Source of the DNA: Malacoraja senta
Taxonomy: Eukaryota
NCBI GenBank assembly: GCA_038087875.1
Contig: CM075991.1
Span: 10,852,001-10,916,000, forward strand
Direction: 5' to 3'
Length of the DNA: 64,000 nucleotides
The notes beneath the pieces are model-generated. The model did no database searches. It saw only the letters and a list, made by a program, of their open reading frames with translations, and was not told the origin of the DNA. Both the position numbers and the translations under genes were made by a program. This document shows, piece by piece, positions 28,876 to 40,511 of the stretch (position 1 is its first letter; each line of letters starts with the position of its first letter).

Positions 28876-29517
28876 ATACAGGGCCCTGTTGAGACCACAC
28901 CTGGAGTATTGTGTGCAGTTTTGGTCTCCAAATTCGAGGAAGAACATTCTTGCTATTGAGGGAGTGCAGCGTAGGTTCACAAGGTTTATTCCCGGGATGG
29001 CGGGACTGTCATATGTTGAGAGAATGAAGCAGCTGGGCTTGTACACTCTGGAGTTTAGAAGGATGAGAGGGAATCTTATTGAAACATATAAGATTATTAA
29101 GGGTTTGGACACGCTAGAGGCAGGAAACATGTTCCTGATGTTGGGGGAGTCCAGAACCAGGGGCCACAGTTTAAGAATAAGGAGTAAGCCATTTAGAACG
29201 GAGATGAGGAAACACTTTTTCACAGAGAGTGGTGAGTCTGTGGAATTCTCTGCCTCAGAGGGCGGTGGAGGCAGGTTCTCTGGAAACTCTCAAGAGAGAG
29301 CTAAATAGGGCTCTTAAAGATGGTGGAGTCAGGGGACATGGGGAGAAGGCAGGAACGGGGTACTGATTGGGGATGATCAGCCATGATCACATTGAATGGC
29401 GGTGCTGGCTCGAAGGGCCGAATGGCCTACTCCTGCACCTATTGTTTATTGTCTATTATCACATTGTAGCTGGCTCGAAGGGCCGAATGGCCTACTCCTG
29501 CACCTATTGTCTATTGT
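28876..29517 (+). mobile_element. CR1 LINE 3' fragment with tandemly duplicated tail
   Basis: RPHLEYCVQFWSP..IEGVQRRFTR..SRTRGHSLRI; tail gctggctcgaagggccgaatggcctactcctgcacctattgt occurs twice. Confidence 0.9.
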
Positions 29518-32478
29518 CAATTGAAGTTAATGTGACAAATGTAACATTTTAGGGACAAATAAATGGCTTCAAGGGCCAGCAAACAATTGACAATTTTGCA
29601 CCAAGGAACTGTTTAAAAGTCATAAGATTGGAAAGTGCAGCATGTAAAAATACTGCACTTTAATCCTGGGCTTCTGATCAATACCGTCCATCAAAGCAAT
29701 TGCTGCCTTTCACTTGGGCTTCCAACAAATACAAAGATCTATGTGTTCATGGCCAGCGGCACAATAGACTTCGTAGGTTTAGGATGGTGCTGTCACTGAT
29801 GTTTCTATTCTGCTCCCTGCTATGCCATGCAGTCATCACTCTATCCAGTCCACCTGACACACAAACCCTCAGCAATAAATATCCAGGTAACAGGTTCTGA
29901 TTCGGTAATACAACCCCTGGGTCTCTGCTGTTAGAATGATTGAATGAAATATCTGGCCTTGTAACACTTGGCATTGATTTTCCTATATTTAATACTTACT
30001 ACTGGCAGCACACAGTTCACAAACGCCAGCCTCACTGAGGCCTTCATCCAAATTGATGTGCTTTTAGTGTAGGAAGGAACTGCAGATGCTGGTTTTTAAT
30101 CGAAGGTAGACACAAAGTGCTGGAGTAACTCAGCGGGACAGGCGGCATCTCCGGAGAGAAGGAATGGGTGACGTTTCGACCAGGTTCAGGAATAGCTACT
30201 TCCCCACAGCCATCAGGCTATTAAATTTGGCTCGGACAAAACTCTGAACATTAATAGCCCATTATCTGTTATTTGCACCTTATCAGTTTATTTATTCATG
30301 TGTGTATATATTTATATAATGGTATATGGACACACTGATCTGTTTTGTGGTCAATGCCTACTATGTTCTGTTGTGCTGAAGCAAAGCAAGAATTTCATTG
30401 TCCTATCAGGGACACATGACAATAAACTCACTTGAACTTGAAACTCATCTTTGTGACCATCAACATGGGCAGTGTGCTTAGCCCACTGCTATACTCTCTT
30501 TACAACTTTGTGTCGGCACAGTGGTGCAGTAGAAGAGCTACTGCCTTACAGCGCCAGAGACCCCGAGTTCGATCCTGACTACGGGTACTTGTCTGCACGG
30601 AGTTTGTACGTTCTCCCCGTGACCGCGTGGGTTTTCTCCGAGATCTTCGGTTTCCTCCCACACTCCAAAGACGTACAGGTTTGTAGGTTAATTGGCTTGG
30701 TGTAAATGTAAATTGTCCCTAATGTGCAGGATAGCGTTAGAGTGCGGGGATCGCTGGAAGGATACGTTTCTGCGCTGTCTCTCAAGACTATAAACTAAAA
30801 TCAAACATTTTGTGTCTATCTTTGGTATAAACTTGCATTTGCAGTTTCTACATTCTAGTAGTTAAACACGTATGACTCTAGACTCCACGCTGGCTACTCT
30901 GTTTAAACTCTGCCTGCTATTATATCATCTAATTAAAGTAACCTGAGTGAGATACGGAGTGCTGGAGTGGATCAGACAAGAGCAACTCTGGAGAAACTGG
31001 ATAGATGACGTGTCGAGTCTGCACTTTGTATCTTTTTTTTAAAAAGCAGCATCTGCAGTTCCTTGTTTCTTCCTTGAATGAGATCCAGTTCCAGGTTCAG
31101 TCACATTTAAATCAAGGCAAATGGGATTGAAGTTCTTGTGCTGGTGGATTTAGTCATCTTGAACACAAGCCAAGGTTTATTTTTAGGTAAAGTTGGCCTG
31201 CGGTAGCTGGCCGGTCACTGTCTCTGCACAGACTAATTCTATCTTTGCGCTGAGCCACAAAGATTTCCTAATTCAGTATTGTGTCAGCTTGAGCTATCAG
31301 TCTTCTTGCTGACATCAGCCGAATCAGCATTCTGGAAGATTCCGAGAGAATAGGAGAGAATGCGCATTGTTTGGGGGCAGGGTGGGGACAGGCAGAGTGC
31401 GCAATGTTAGAGGGGACTATCCCAGGGATTGTTAGCATTTAATGCATTAAATGGTGGGGCCCTGGGCAGTACTGTGGCACAGCAAGACTTGCGGGGACAC
31501 AAAAAGCTGGAGTAACTCAGCGGGTCAGGCAGCATCTTTGGAGAAAAGGAATGGGTGACGTTTCGGGTCGAGACCGTTTTTCCGACTGAAGAAGTCTCTC
31601 GACCCAAAACGTCGCCAATTCCTTTTCTCCTGAGATTCTGCCTGACACGCTGGGTTGCTCCAGCTTTTTGTGTCTATCTTCAGTTTCAGCCAGCATCTGC
31701 AGTTCCTTCCTACACAGAAAGACTTAAAAGTCTTTATGGAAGATTTTCGCTGGAAGTGGTGAGATAGGTAGACAGGCTTGCGATTAAGGCATTTGGCACA
31801 CATGCCTTCATCGGTCAGGGTATTGAGTACAGGAAAGGACACAAAGTGCTGGAGTAACTCAGCAGGTCAGGCAGCATCTCTGGAGAACTTGGATAGGTAA
31901 CGTTTCAGATCGAGAACCTTCTTCAGACTGTCTTGACCCAAAACATCACCAATCCATGTTCTCTAGAGATGCTGCCTGGCCCGCTGAGTTACTCCAGCAC
32001 TTCATGTCCTTTTGTGTATTAACCAGCATCTGCAGTTCTAGGTTTCTACATTGAGTTCAGACGAGCGGGACCGTGGGAGAGAGGGGGAGAGAGGGAGATG
32101 GAGGAAGCGGCCTTCAGCCCACCCAGTCCGTACTCGCACCACCCTACTCACTTAATTTACAATTTTACAATTAATGTACAAACATGTACATTTTTGGAAT
32201 GTGGAAGGAAACCGGAGCACCAGGAGAAAACCCACGAGGTCACAGGGAGAAGGTACAAACTTCATACTGACAGTAGTCAGGATCCAACCCGGGTCTCTGG
32301 CGCTGTAAGGCAGCAACTCTACCGCTGCGCTGCCATGCCATCAGGCAGCATGTCTGTGGTCAGACAGGAGAGCAAATGTCTTTCTCCAAAGGACTCTGCC
32401 AAACTCATCCTGTCTTTGCATGAACTATTCACTTGAAGAATTAAAAATTCACTACCGATTCACATTCAGCTGCTGGGG

Positions 32479-32686
32479 GGAGTAGCGATGAAGAGGTGGG
32501 GCCTCGTGGACAGCGAGTGCCTCCTGCGAGTGTGGGGACCCAACATAGACGGTGAAGCACATCGTCACCAGTTGCCCCAAACACCGGCCACCGAATGGTG
32601 AACCAGGTCTGATTGACCTGGACGATGACACGTTGGCCTGGCTCGCCTCCACGGAGCTGCAGGTCTGAAAGACACACGACAGAAGA
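32479..32686 (+). mobile_element. Vingi/Ingi-like non-LTR retrotransposon 3' fragment (decayed)
   Basis: MKRWGLVDS/ASCECGDPT*TVKHIVTSCPKHRPPNGEPGLIDLDDDTLAWLASTELQV* (CxC..H..C knuckle; one frameshift, one stop). Very short UTR ending ACACACGACAGAAGA. 8-bp TSD TGCTGGGG (32471-32478, 32687-32694). Confidence 0.75.
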
Positions 32687-32891
32687 TGCTGGGGTGGGAT
32701 TTGAATTCTGATCCTTTGATCAGCCCCACCTCCCACCGCCACCAAGAATTTAGCACCCACGACGAATAAATCAACCCTCAGAGCAAGGAATGGACAAGGT
32801 CCAGATCTCACTAGCGGCGATATGCATTACAAATCAATTTCCAAGCAAGAAACAAGCAGAACATATGATTCAATCAACATCAGACACTGAC

Positions 32892-32987
32892 CTTGACTTG
32901 AAGGCGGTCCAGAATGTTTTTGAAATCCAAGTCGTCATAGTAATGTCTGATTCCCTCTCGCACATTCGCTTTAAATATTAAAAGAAC
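32892..32987 (-). CDS. TSPAN15: Tetraspanin-15(-like) exon 4 equivalent (start of large extracellular loop), 96 bp
   Basis: ttctgcccctcag|GTT CTT...GTC AAG|gtcagt. Translates VLLIFKANVREGIRHYYDDLDFKNILDRLQVK; YYDDLDFKNI is the TSPAN15 motif. Confidence 0.95.
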
Positions 32988-33719
32988 CTGAGGGGCAGAA
33001 GCATTCATGGGAGTCAGAATCTCCTCAAGACACAGTTTACTCCCTCCTCATACAGCTAAGGAGCAATCCTGAAAGTACCGTGATTGTTGGCCGAGGAGGA
33101 AGGTGACAACGAAGTATACAAAGAGTAAAATGAATCAGGAGGACAGTGAAAATAGTGAACTAGGGTGGAGGAGCGACAGAGAGAGAGGGGAAGCTGCGCT
33201 CCATCCTAGTTCTCCGACTAGTTTCAATGTCCCCCTAATTAATTTTAATGTCACCTTCCCCTCAGCCAACCGTGGGTGCCTGCGGGCTTAACATCACGGA
33301 GCCCGCGGTCTCTGGTCAAAGGCCGACTTCGGGAACTCCAAGCCGCGGGAGTTTCGGTCACCCCGACGCAGGAGTTTCTACCGCCCCAACGCGGGAGCTT
33401 CGATCGCCCCGACGCAATAGCTTCGACCGCCGGCTGCGGGAGCTTCGATCGCCCCGACTGGTTCGACTGCTCCGACCGCCGGAGAATAAAGAGGGAAGAA
33501 GATTAGACTTTATTGCCTTCCGTCACAGTGAGGAACGTGGGGAATCCACTGTGGTGGATGTTTATTTTAACTTTTATGTAGTTGTGTGGCTTGGTGCTTT
33601 TTTTTCTTCTTATGGCTGTATGGTAATTCGCATATCACTGCACCTTAATTGGTACATGTGACAATAAAAGACCTTTGAAACCTTTGAAAGGCCAGTAAAG
33701 TCTGATTAAAGATTGTCTG

Positions 33720-34160
33720 AGGGTCTCCAATGAGGTAGATTGGAGGTCAGGACCGCTCTTTATTTGGTGAGACAAATCAGTTGCCTGATAGCAGCTGGGA
33801 AGAAACTGTACCTGAATCTAGGGCTGTGCATTTTCAAATTTCTGTACCTCTTGCCCAATGGGAGTGGGGAGAGGAGGGAATGTCCAGGGGGAGTCTGGAT
33901 CTTGATGATGCTCCTGGCCTTGCCGAGGCAGCGTGAGGTATAAATGGAGTCAATGGAAGGGAGGTTGGTTTGTGTGATGGTCCACAATTCTCTGCAATTT
34001 CTTGCCGTCTTGGACGGAGCTGTTCCCAACCCGTGCTGTGATGCATCCCGATAAAATGCATTCAACGGCGCTTCTGTAGAAGTTGGTGAGGGTAGTTGGG
34101 GACATGCTGAACTTCCTAAGCCTTCCAAGGAAATAGAGGCATTTTTTGGCCATTGCTCCG
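33720..34160 (-). mobile_element. Rex1/Babar-like LINE fragment
   Basis: LYFLGRLRKFSMS..LTNFYRSAVECILSGCIT and PLPLGKRYR..RFRYSFFPAAIRQL. Confidence 0.8.
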
Positions 34161-34291
34161 ATGTGTATGGAGAGGGTGGGTGGTATCACAGTGGCCACCC
34201 CTGAGTAAATCTTACACTTAACCATTATATACCACTAATTAGCATCTTCTTTGTAAATAACTGGGAATGATGAAGATTAGTAGGCAAGTAA

Positions 34292-34622
34292 TGGCCGTCC
34301 CACGGTACGAGTTCATTCCAAGTGCTCTCCCGAGTTTGCCCCTGATTCGAACTCGGAGATTTACGGTAATGGCCGCTCGTCGGTACTCGGGGCTCTCGTG
34401 GACATTTTTCAACATGTTGAAAAATCTTCACGAGTCTTCCCGAGCTTACCTGCCGTTAGCGAGTCTTCCCGAGTACCTGCCGTTAGCGTTACGAGCCGCT
34501 AAGAGACGTCCCCGAGCTCCGACGTACCCGCTACGTTCATTCTCCGTGCTTACCACGAGTTTGATTTTTTTTTACACTCGGGAGAGCTCTTGGAATGAAC
34601 TCGTACCGTGGGACAGGGCTAT
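34292..34622. mobile_element. Harbinger-type MITE ~30 bp from the exon 3 donor
   Basis: TIRs GTCCCACGGTACGAGTTCATTCCAAG; internal palindrome TTTTTCAACATGTTGAAAAA. Confidence 0.8.
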
Positions 34623-34653
34623 AAAAAAGAAAAAAGAAATCAAAGGAATGTAC

Positions 34654-34728
34654 CTTATTCCGGCATAAAAAGATGACGATGATGAAAACCAGCTCCAGCA
34701 ACAACACAACGACAAGAGTCCACTTAAA
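34654..34728 (-). CDS. TSPAN15: Tetraspanin-15(-like) exon 3 equivalent (TM3), 75 bp
   Basis: tttcccctctgcag|TTT AAG TGG...CGG AAT AAG|gtacat. Translates FKWTLVVVLLLELVFIIVIFLCRNK: phase 0, hydrophobic helix with the tetraspanin TM3 Glu. Absent from the ORF track. Confidence 0.9.
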
Positions 34729-34913
34729 CTGCAGAGGGGAAACAAAAATAAATGATCGTTAAGGAGTTAACAAGACACGGGACCAAATGGGAGACAGTAC
34801 TCTGGTCAAAGAGGTAAATAGAAGAACTCTATATCGTTACATGTGGCAACAAAAAACAAAACAAATAGCGACACACATACCAAGGTGACCAAACAACAGG
34901 TCGCATAGATTTA

Positions 34914-35148
34914 AGGGCCTGTCCCACTTGGGTGTCATTTGCGCGTCACGCAGATGGCGCGCGAAGATTTTGTACATCCCAAAATCCTGGGGCGCCATGC
35001 GTGACCGCGCGTCTCTGCCTACGTCACCACGCACCATGCGCGCGTAATGCACACCATGCACGTATCACGTGCGTGGCACCATGCGTCGTGAAGCGTAAAT
35101 GACGGCGCGTAAATTACACGCAAATGACGCCCAAGTGGGACAGGCCCT
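34914..35148. mobile_element. Harbinger-type MITE, CpG-rich subfamily
   Basis: TTA|AGGGCCTGTCCCACTTGGG...CCCAAGTGGGACAGGCCCT|TTA. Confidence 0.85.
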
Positions 35149-36324
35149 TTAGGCAGCACCTTAAAGGAGGAAAGAAAGGTGAAAATGTTAATGGATGAAA
35201 ATCCAAGCTTGGGGCTACACAGAATGGCTGACAATGGTGGCAACACCCAAGAGGGGTCTACACAAGAGGTTGGTCTATGCATAGCTGGCACAGGAACGGC
35301 AATAGAGTTGCTGCCCTACAGCGCCAGAGACCCGGGTTCGATCCTGACTACGCCGGAGGCAAATTTTTATCATTGGTTGAACGTTAACCTTTCAGTCCCA
35401 CCACATAGAGATAAATGTAATAAAAAGGATCTGCGGATGCTGGTGTGTACCAAAGATAGACAGAACTCTCCGAAGTTCAGTTGCTTTCTGAGAACAAGCA
35501 TTACGGCCTGGATCAGTAACTCCAACATCCAAGAATGAAGCAGGCTGCCTGAGGTGGTGGATATTGTCCAGTCCATCATGGTTATTGGCCTGTGTAGGAA
35601 GGAACAGCAGATACTGGTTTAAACCAAAGATAGACACAAAAAGCTGGAGTAACTCAGCGGGACAGGCAGCATCTCTGGATAGAAGGAATGGGTGACGTTT
35701 CGGGTCGAGGCCCTTCATCAGACCAATCTTACATAGTCCAGGTACAGAGTTAATGGGCCGAATCGCTCTTTATCTCCTGAGACGTTTGTAGGACCTTTCC
35801 GAAGAGGAAGAAAAAGAGGACAAAGAGGAGAGGGAAATGAGGAAGTGCAACATTGAGGGTGAAAGGAAAATGCAGGAAAAGGTTAAAGGACAAAATGAAA
35901 AGTGGGAGTTGAAAAAGCAAAAGAAAAGAGAGGAAGTGTGAGGGGAAAAAGGAAGGAGAGAAACTCTGTCAATACTTTTGCCGGCACAGTGGTTCGACTG
36001 GTAGAACAGCTGCCTCAGAGGCGCTGGAGACACAGGTTCGATCCTGACCTTGGTTGTTGACTATGTGGAGTTTGCATGTTCTCCCTACGGCCATATGGGT
36101 TTCCTCCCACATCCCAAAGACGTGTGGGTTTGTTTGCTAGTTGCCCTCAGTGTGCAGGGAGTCGAAGGGAAAGTAGAATAACATTGAACTATTGTGAACA
36201 GGTGATCGATGGCTGGCATAGACTCGGTGGGCTGAAGGGCCTGTCGCTTGCTGTCTCGCAACTGAACTCTCAGCCTGGGTTGAGTCTGGTTGTGCTTTGC
36301 CAGTTGCCGTGCAGGTTGGGAGGT

Positions 36325-36747
36325 TGGGCTGGTACACTCTGGAGTTTAGAAGGATGAGAGAGGATCTTATTAAAACATATAAGATTGTTAAGGGTTTGGA
36401 CACGTTAGAGGCAGGAAACATGTTCCCGATGTTGGGGGAGTCCAGAACCAGGGGCCACACAGTTTAAGAATAAGGAGTAAGCCATTTAGAACGGAGACGA
36501 GGAAACACTTTTTCTCACAGAGAGTGGTGAGTCTGTGGAATTCTCTGCCTCAGAGGGCGGTGGAGGCAGGTTCTCTCGATACTTTCAAGAGAGAGCTAGA
36601 TAGGGCTCTTAAAGATAGCGGAATCAGGGGATATGGGGAGAAGGCAGGAACTGGGTACTGATTGGGGATGATCAGCCATGATCACATTGAATGGCGGTGC
36701 TGGCTCGAAGGGCCGAATGGCCTACTCCTGCACCTATTGTCTATTGT
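36325..36747 (+). mobile_element. CR1 LINE 3' fragment
   Basis: Highly similar to 29030-29457; (CTATTGT)n tail. Confidence 0.88.
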
Positions 36748-37912
36748 AGAGTGAGAGGAAAGGGTGGGAAGAAATAAATAAGAAATTTCATGTGCATAAT
36801 ATCCTGTCAACAGTTTTGAGCTTTTGATTCATTCTAACAACAGAACGGATGTAGAAGACAGACAAATGACAACTTTAGTGCCAGAGCAACATGAAGTTCA
36901 GATCCTACAGCGTACAAGGGAAACCTAAGTGATAATTAAACATCATGAAACATCAGTCATATTCCTGCCATGGACAACATGAGAAATGGTACCACATGAA
37001 ACAATGATAATTAGGTGGTTGAAAGGCAAGGTGTCTATATCACTGTAGCACACTCTCTCAGCATGAGAAACAATCTAACTTTAAAATCTCTCGGGGCAGA
37101 TATTGTTCTGTTGCTGAGAGTGAGTGGGGATGAGCAACGATCAGGAACATGACCCTTCTGCTCTGAGTCTTGCTCAGTGGGCTATCAATGGTTTATGGTG
37201 CTATATCTCTCACGTGTACAGCTGCACAGTGAAACTCTCTTTTGCCAAGTCCACGCTGACCAGCGATCCCCGCACACCAACACTATCCTACATACACCAG
37301 GGACAATCTGCAATTTTACTGGAGCCAAGTGGCCTACAAACCTGTCTGAACCTACAAAAAGTCTGAGGAAGGGCCTCGACCCGAAACGCCACTCATTCCT
37401 TCTCTCCAGAGATGCCGCCGGTCCCGCTGAGTTGCTAAGCATTTTGTGTCAACCTACAAACATGTACGTATATGGAGTGTGGGAGGAAACCGGAGCACCC
37501 GGAGGAAACCCACATGGTCACGGGGAACGTCCAGGTTCAGGGACAGCTTCTTCCCTACAGCCAACAAATGAGCTCTTAACTACAACAGACTTATTATCAT
37601 TGCACTAAATTTGTTTATTTATTGAGTATGTGTGCATGTGTGTATATATACACACACTGAACTTTTTTTCTCCCGTTCTGTACTATGTTTACATATTCTG
37701 TTGCGCTGCAGCAAGCAAGAATTTCATGTTCCTATCTGGGACACATGACAATAAAACAATCTTGACTCTTGACGTGCAAACTCCACAGCACAGATTGCAC
37801 CGGAGGTCAGGATCGAACCTGGGTCTCTGGCGCTGTGTGGCAGCAGCTCTACCGGCTGAGCCACTGTGCCGCTATTACTGCCTGATGCATACCGGGGACA
37901 TTCTTGAATGAA

Positions 37913-38098
37913 GGTACACAAAAATGCTGGAGAAACTCAGCGGGTGCAGCAGCATCTATGGAGCGAAGGAAATAGGCAACGTTTCGGCCTGAAACGTTGC
38001 CTATTTCCTTCGCTCCATAGATGCTGCTGCACCCGCTGAGTTTCTCCAGCATTTTTGTCTACCTTCGATTTTCCAGCATCTGCAATTCCGTCTTAAAC
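37913..38098. mobile_element. Palindromic Penelope-derived insert (subfamily B)
   Basis: ~75-bp inverted arms around gtttcggcctgaaac; TSD ACATT(C/A)TTGAATGAA (37898-37912, 38099-38113). Confidence 0.8.
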
Positions 38099-39659
38099 AC
38101 ATTATTGAATGAATTGTATTGGGTTGTTATCTAGTGATGCAGAGCCTAGATATTTCAGTGCAATAGAGACAAGAGATAAGAGACATGTACTGTCACATGC
38201 ACCAATTGGTACAGTGAAATTTGTGCTCACCATACAGCCATACGAATTAAAAAAATAAATTAAAAAAAAGTACTTCGAATATTACCACAGGAAACACATC
38301 ACGACTATATCACTGTATGAGGCACACCGAGACTATTACTGAAGGATGTGGTTTGGTATGTATCACTATGATGCTCAAACCAGGGATATCACACAGTGAT
38401 CATCACACTGCAAGGATTAGTGAAGAATGAACACCAGGGATATGACTGGGAGTCTGTGCATTGCTTGTGTTTCCTACCAGGCACATTAGATGCTGCACAC
38501 AGCTTCCAATGCATGCATGCTAACAAACTGTTTCTGGAACAGGAATTGACATGAGCTACAATAATAACCAGCCTTCCCTTGTCTAACAATTCATCTTTCC
38601 GTTTCTATAATGCAAATTTTGACAGTGAAAAATACAACCAGCTCTCGGGCACTGATGTAAATTTACAGTCAGAGAATCATAGTCATACAGGATGGAAACA
38701 GGCCCTTCAGCCCAACTTGCCCTCACCAACCAACAAGCCCCATTTACACTAGTTCCACCTGCCCACATTTAGCCCATATCCCTCTAAACCTATCCTATCC
38801 ATGTACCTGTCCAAATTTCTTGGAATTACTTTTCCCATTTTTCAGCTGAGTGGCCATTGGTAAGTTGTCCACTGTATTAATTTAAATAAAGGCCAAAGAT
38901 AGACACAAAATGCTGGGGTAACTCAGCGGAACAGGAGGCATCTCTGGAGAGAATGGGTCGAGACCCTTCTTCAGACTCCGAAGGCCGAGAGATTACGCAA
39001 TCATCTCTTGTTTTTAATCCCAAAGTTTATGGATCCAATTATCTTGTGGGTTATTCAGTTCTAAATGTGATTGGGGTAACTCAATTCCTTTTTTTTTTTT
39101 TCACCGACTCATCAAAAATTAACCAAACGCACAAAATTGGTTTGATGATTCAGCACATTTATCACAGGGAGTTTACGTAGTGTATCCCAAGACTGGCTCA
39201 TCCCACCAAGAGAGTAGAAGAATATTAACGTGGGATTGGAAAGGGACCCAAAACGTCACCCATTCCTTCTCTCCAGACAAGCTGCCTGTCCCCTTGAGTT
39301 ACCTTCGATTTTCCAGCATCTGCAGTTCCATAAATGCTGCCTCGCCCACTGAGTTTCTCCAGCATTTTTGTCAACCAGCATTTTGTGTCTGGTGATGTTC
39401 GTATCTCGGGACCAGAATTACACTTTGAGGTATTGGTTTATTATTGTCACAGGCAGTGAGACACTGTGAGAAACATTGTTTTTGCATGCGCTCCTCACAG
39501 ATCAAACCAAACCCAGTAGATACTAAAGCTGGAGTAACTCAGCGGGACAGGCAGCAGCATCTCTGGATAGAAGGAATGGGTGGTGTCTCAACCTTCACTT
39601 CTTCTTCTTTCGTGTGGCGTGCACAGCCTAAAGTTGTTGGACAACTTGTTCTATTTGAT

Positions 39660-39897
39660 GGTACACAAAAATGCTGGAGAAACTCAGCGGGTGCAGCAGC
39701 ATCTATGGAGCGAAGGAAATAGGCAGCGTTTTGGGCCGAAACCCTTCTTCAGACTGCTGAAGAACCAGTCTGAAGAAGGGTTTCGGCCCGAAACGTTGCC
39801 TATTTCCTTCGCTCCATTGACGCTGCTGCACCCACTGAGTTTCTCCAGCATTTTTGTGTACCTTCGATTTTCCAGCATCTGCAGTTCCTTCTTTAAC
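39660..39897. mobile_element. Palindromic Penelope-derived insert with two opposed hammerhead-like cores
   Basis: CTGAAGA-A-GGGTTTCGGCCC-GAAACGTT at 39770-39797 and a degenerate inverted copy at ~39726-39752; TSD ACTTGTTCTATTTGAT (39644-39659, 39898-39913). Confidence 0.82.
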
Positions 39898-39936
39898 ACT
39901 TGTTCTATTTGATCTTCCGTTTGTGCACGTCGAGTT

Positions 39937-39990
39937 GATTGCATCAGTCGAAACAGGGCGGACCACGTGAAGGTTGCAATCTTCCACCCC
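39937..39990 (-). ncRNA. HDV-like self-cleaving ribozyme (predicted, 54 nt)
   Basis: P1 GGGGUGG/CCGCCCU with G1·U; P2 GAUUGCA/UGCAAUC; P3 ACC/GGU; L3 UUCACGU; minimal P4 region GUUUCGA; J4/2 CUGA (CUAA in the 23210 copy). Segment order P1-P2-P3-L3-P3'-P1'-P4-J4/2-P2' is exactly the HDV topology. Confidence 0.75.
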
Positions 39991-40511
39991 GCGTCTCAAC
40001 CTGAGACGTCATCCATTCCTTCTATCCAGAGATGCTGCCTGTCCCGCTGAATTAGTCCAGTTTTTTTGTGTCTATCTTCGGTGTCAACCAGCATCTGCAG
40101 TTCCTTCCTACTCAAACCATACACAAGTACAGCCATTAGTGCAAAATGGAAAATAAACAAGAGTACAGAATATAGTGATAGAGCTAGAAAATGCAGATAG
40201 AAAAATTGCAAGGGGCGCAATGAGGTTGATTGGAAGATCGGGAATGCTTTCATCTCTAGCATAAGGGAGGTCTGTTCACGAGTTTGGTAACAATGTGGAA
40301 TAAGCTGTTCTTAAATCTGTCCCACTTGATCCACATTGCCCGAGAATTTTGTCTGCTCCCCCGATGATCCCCCGACCAGCGGCTGTAATCAAATCTTAAA
40401 CTGGGTGATATTGGAATAATTCATATGAGACATGAGAGTCAGCTAACCTCTTCTTTATGACCAATACCCTGTATCTGTACACTGTGGACATCTTGATTGT
40501 AATGATGCATA

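Larger units (their letters stand above)
39595..39990 (-). mobile_element. Short non-autonomous Vingi-like retroelement (~142 bp native) with a 5' HDV-like ribozyme, interrupted by a Penelope-derived palindrome
   Basis: 12-bp TSD G(T/C)GTCTCAACCT (39583-39594, 39991-40002); 3' end CCACACGAAAGAAGAAGAAG; insert 39660-39897 has its own 16-bp TSD. Confidence 0.8.

Noticed and set aside
32452..32664. Apparent alternative terminal TSPAN15 exon (tctttcag acceptor, 70 in-frame codons on the minus strand)
   Set aside because: It is the antisense of a TSD-flanked Vingi-like fragment and the peptide has no tetraspanin features. Exonisation cannot be shown without RNA data.
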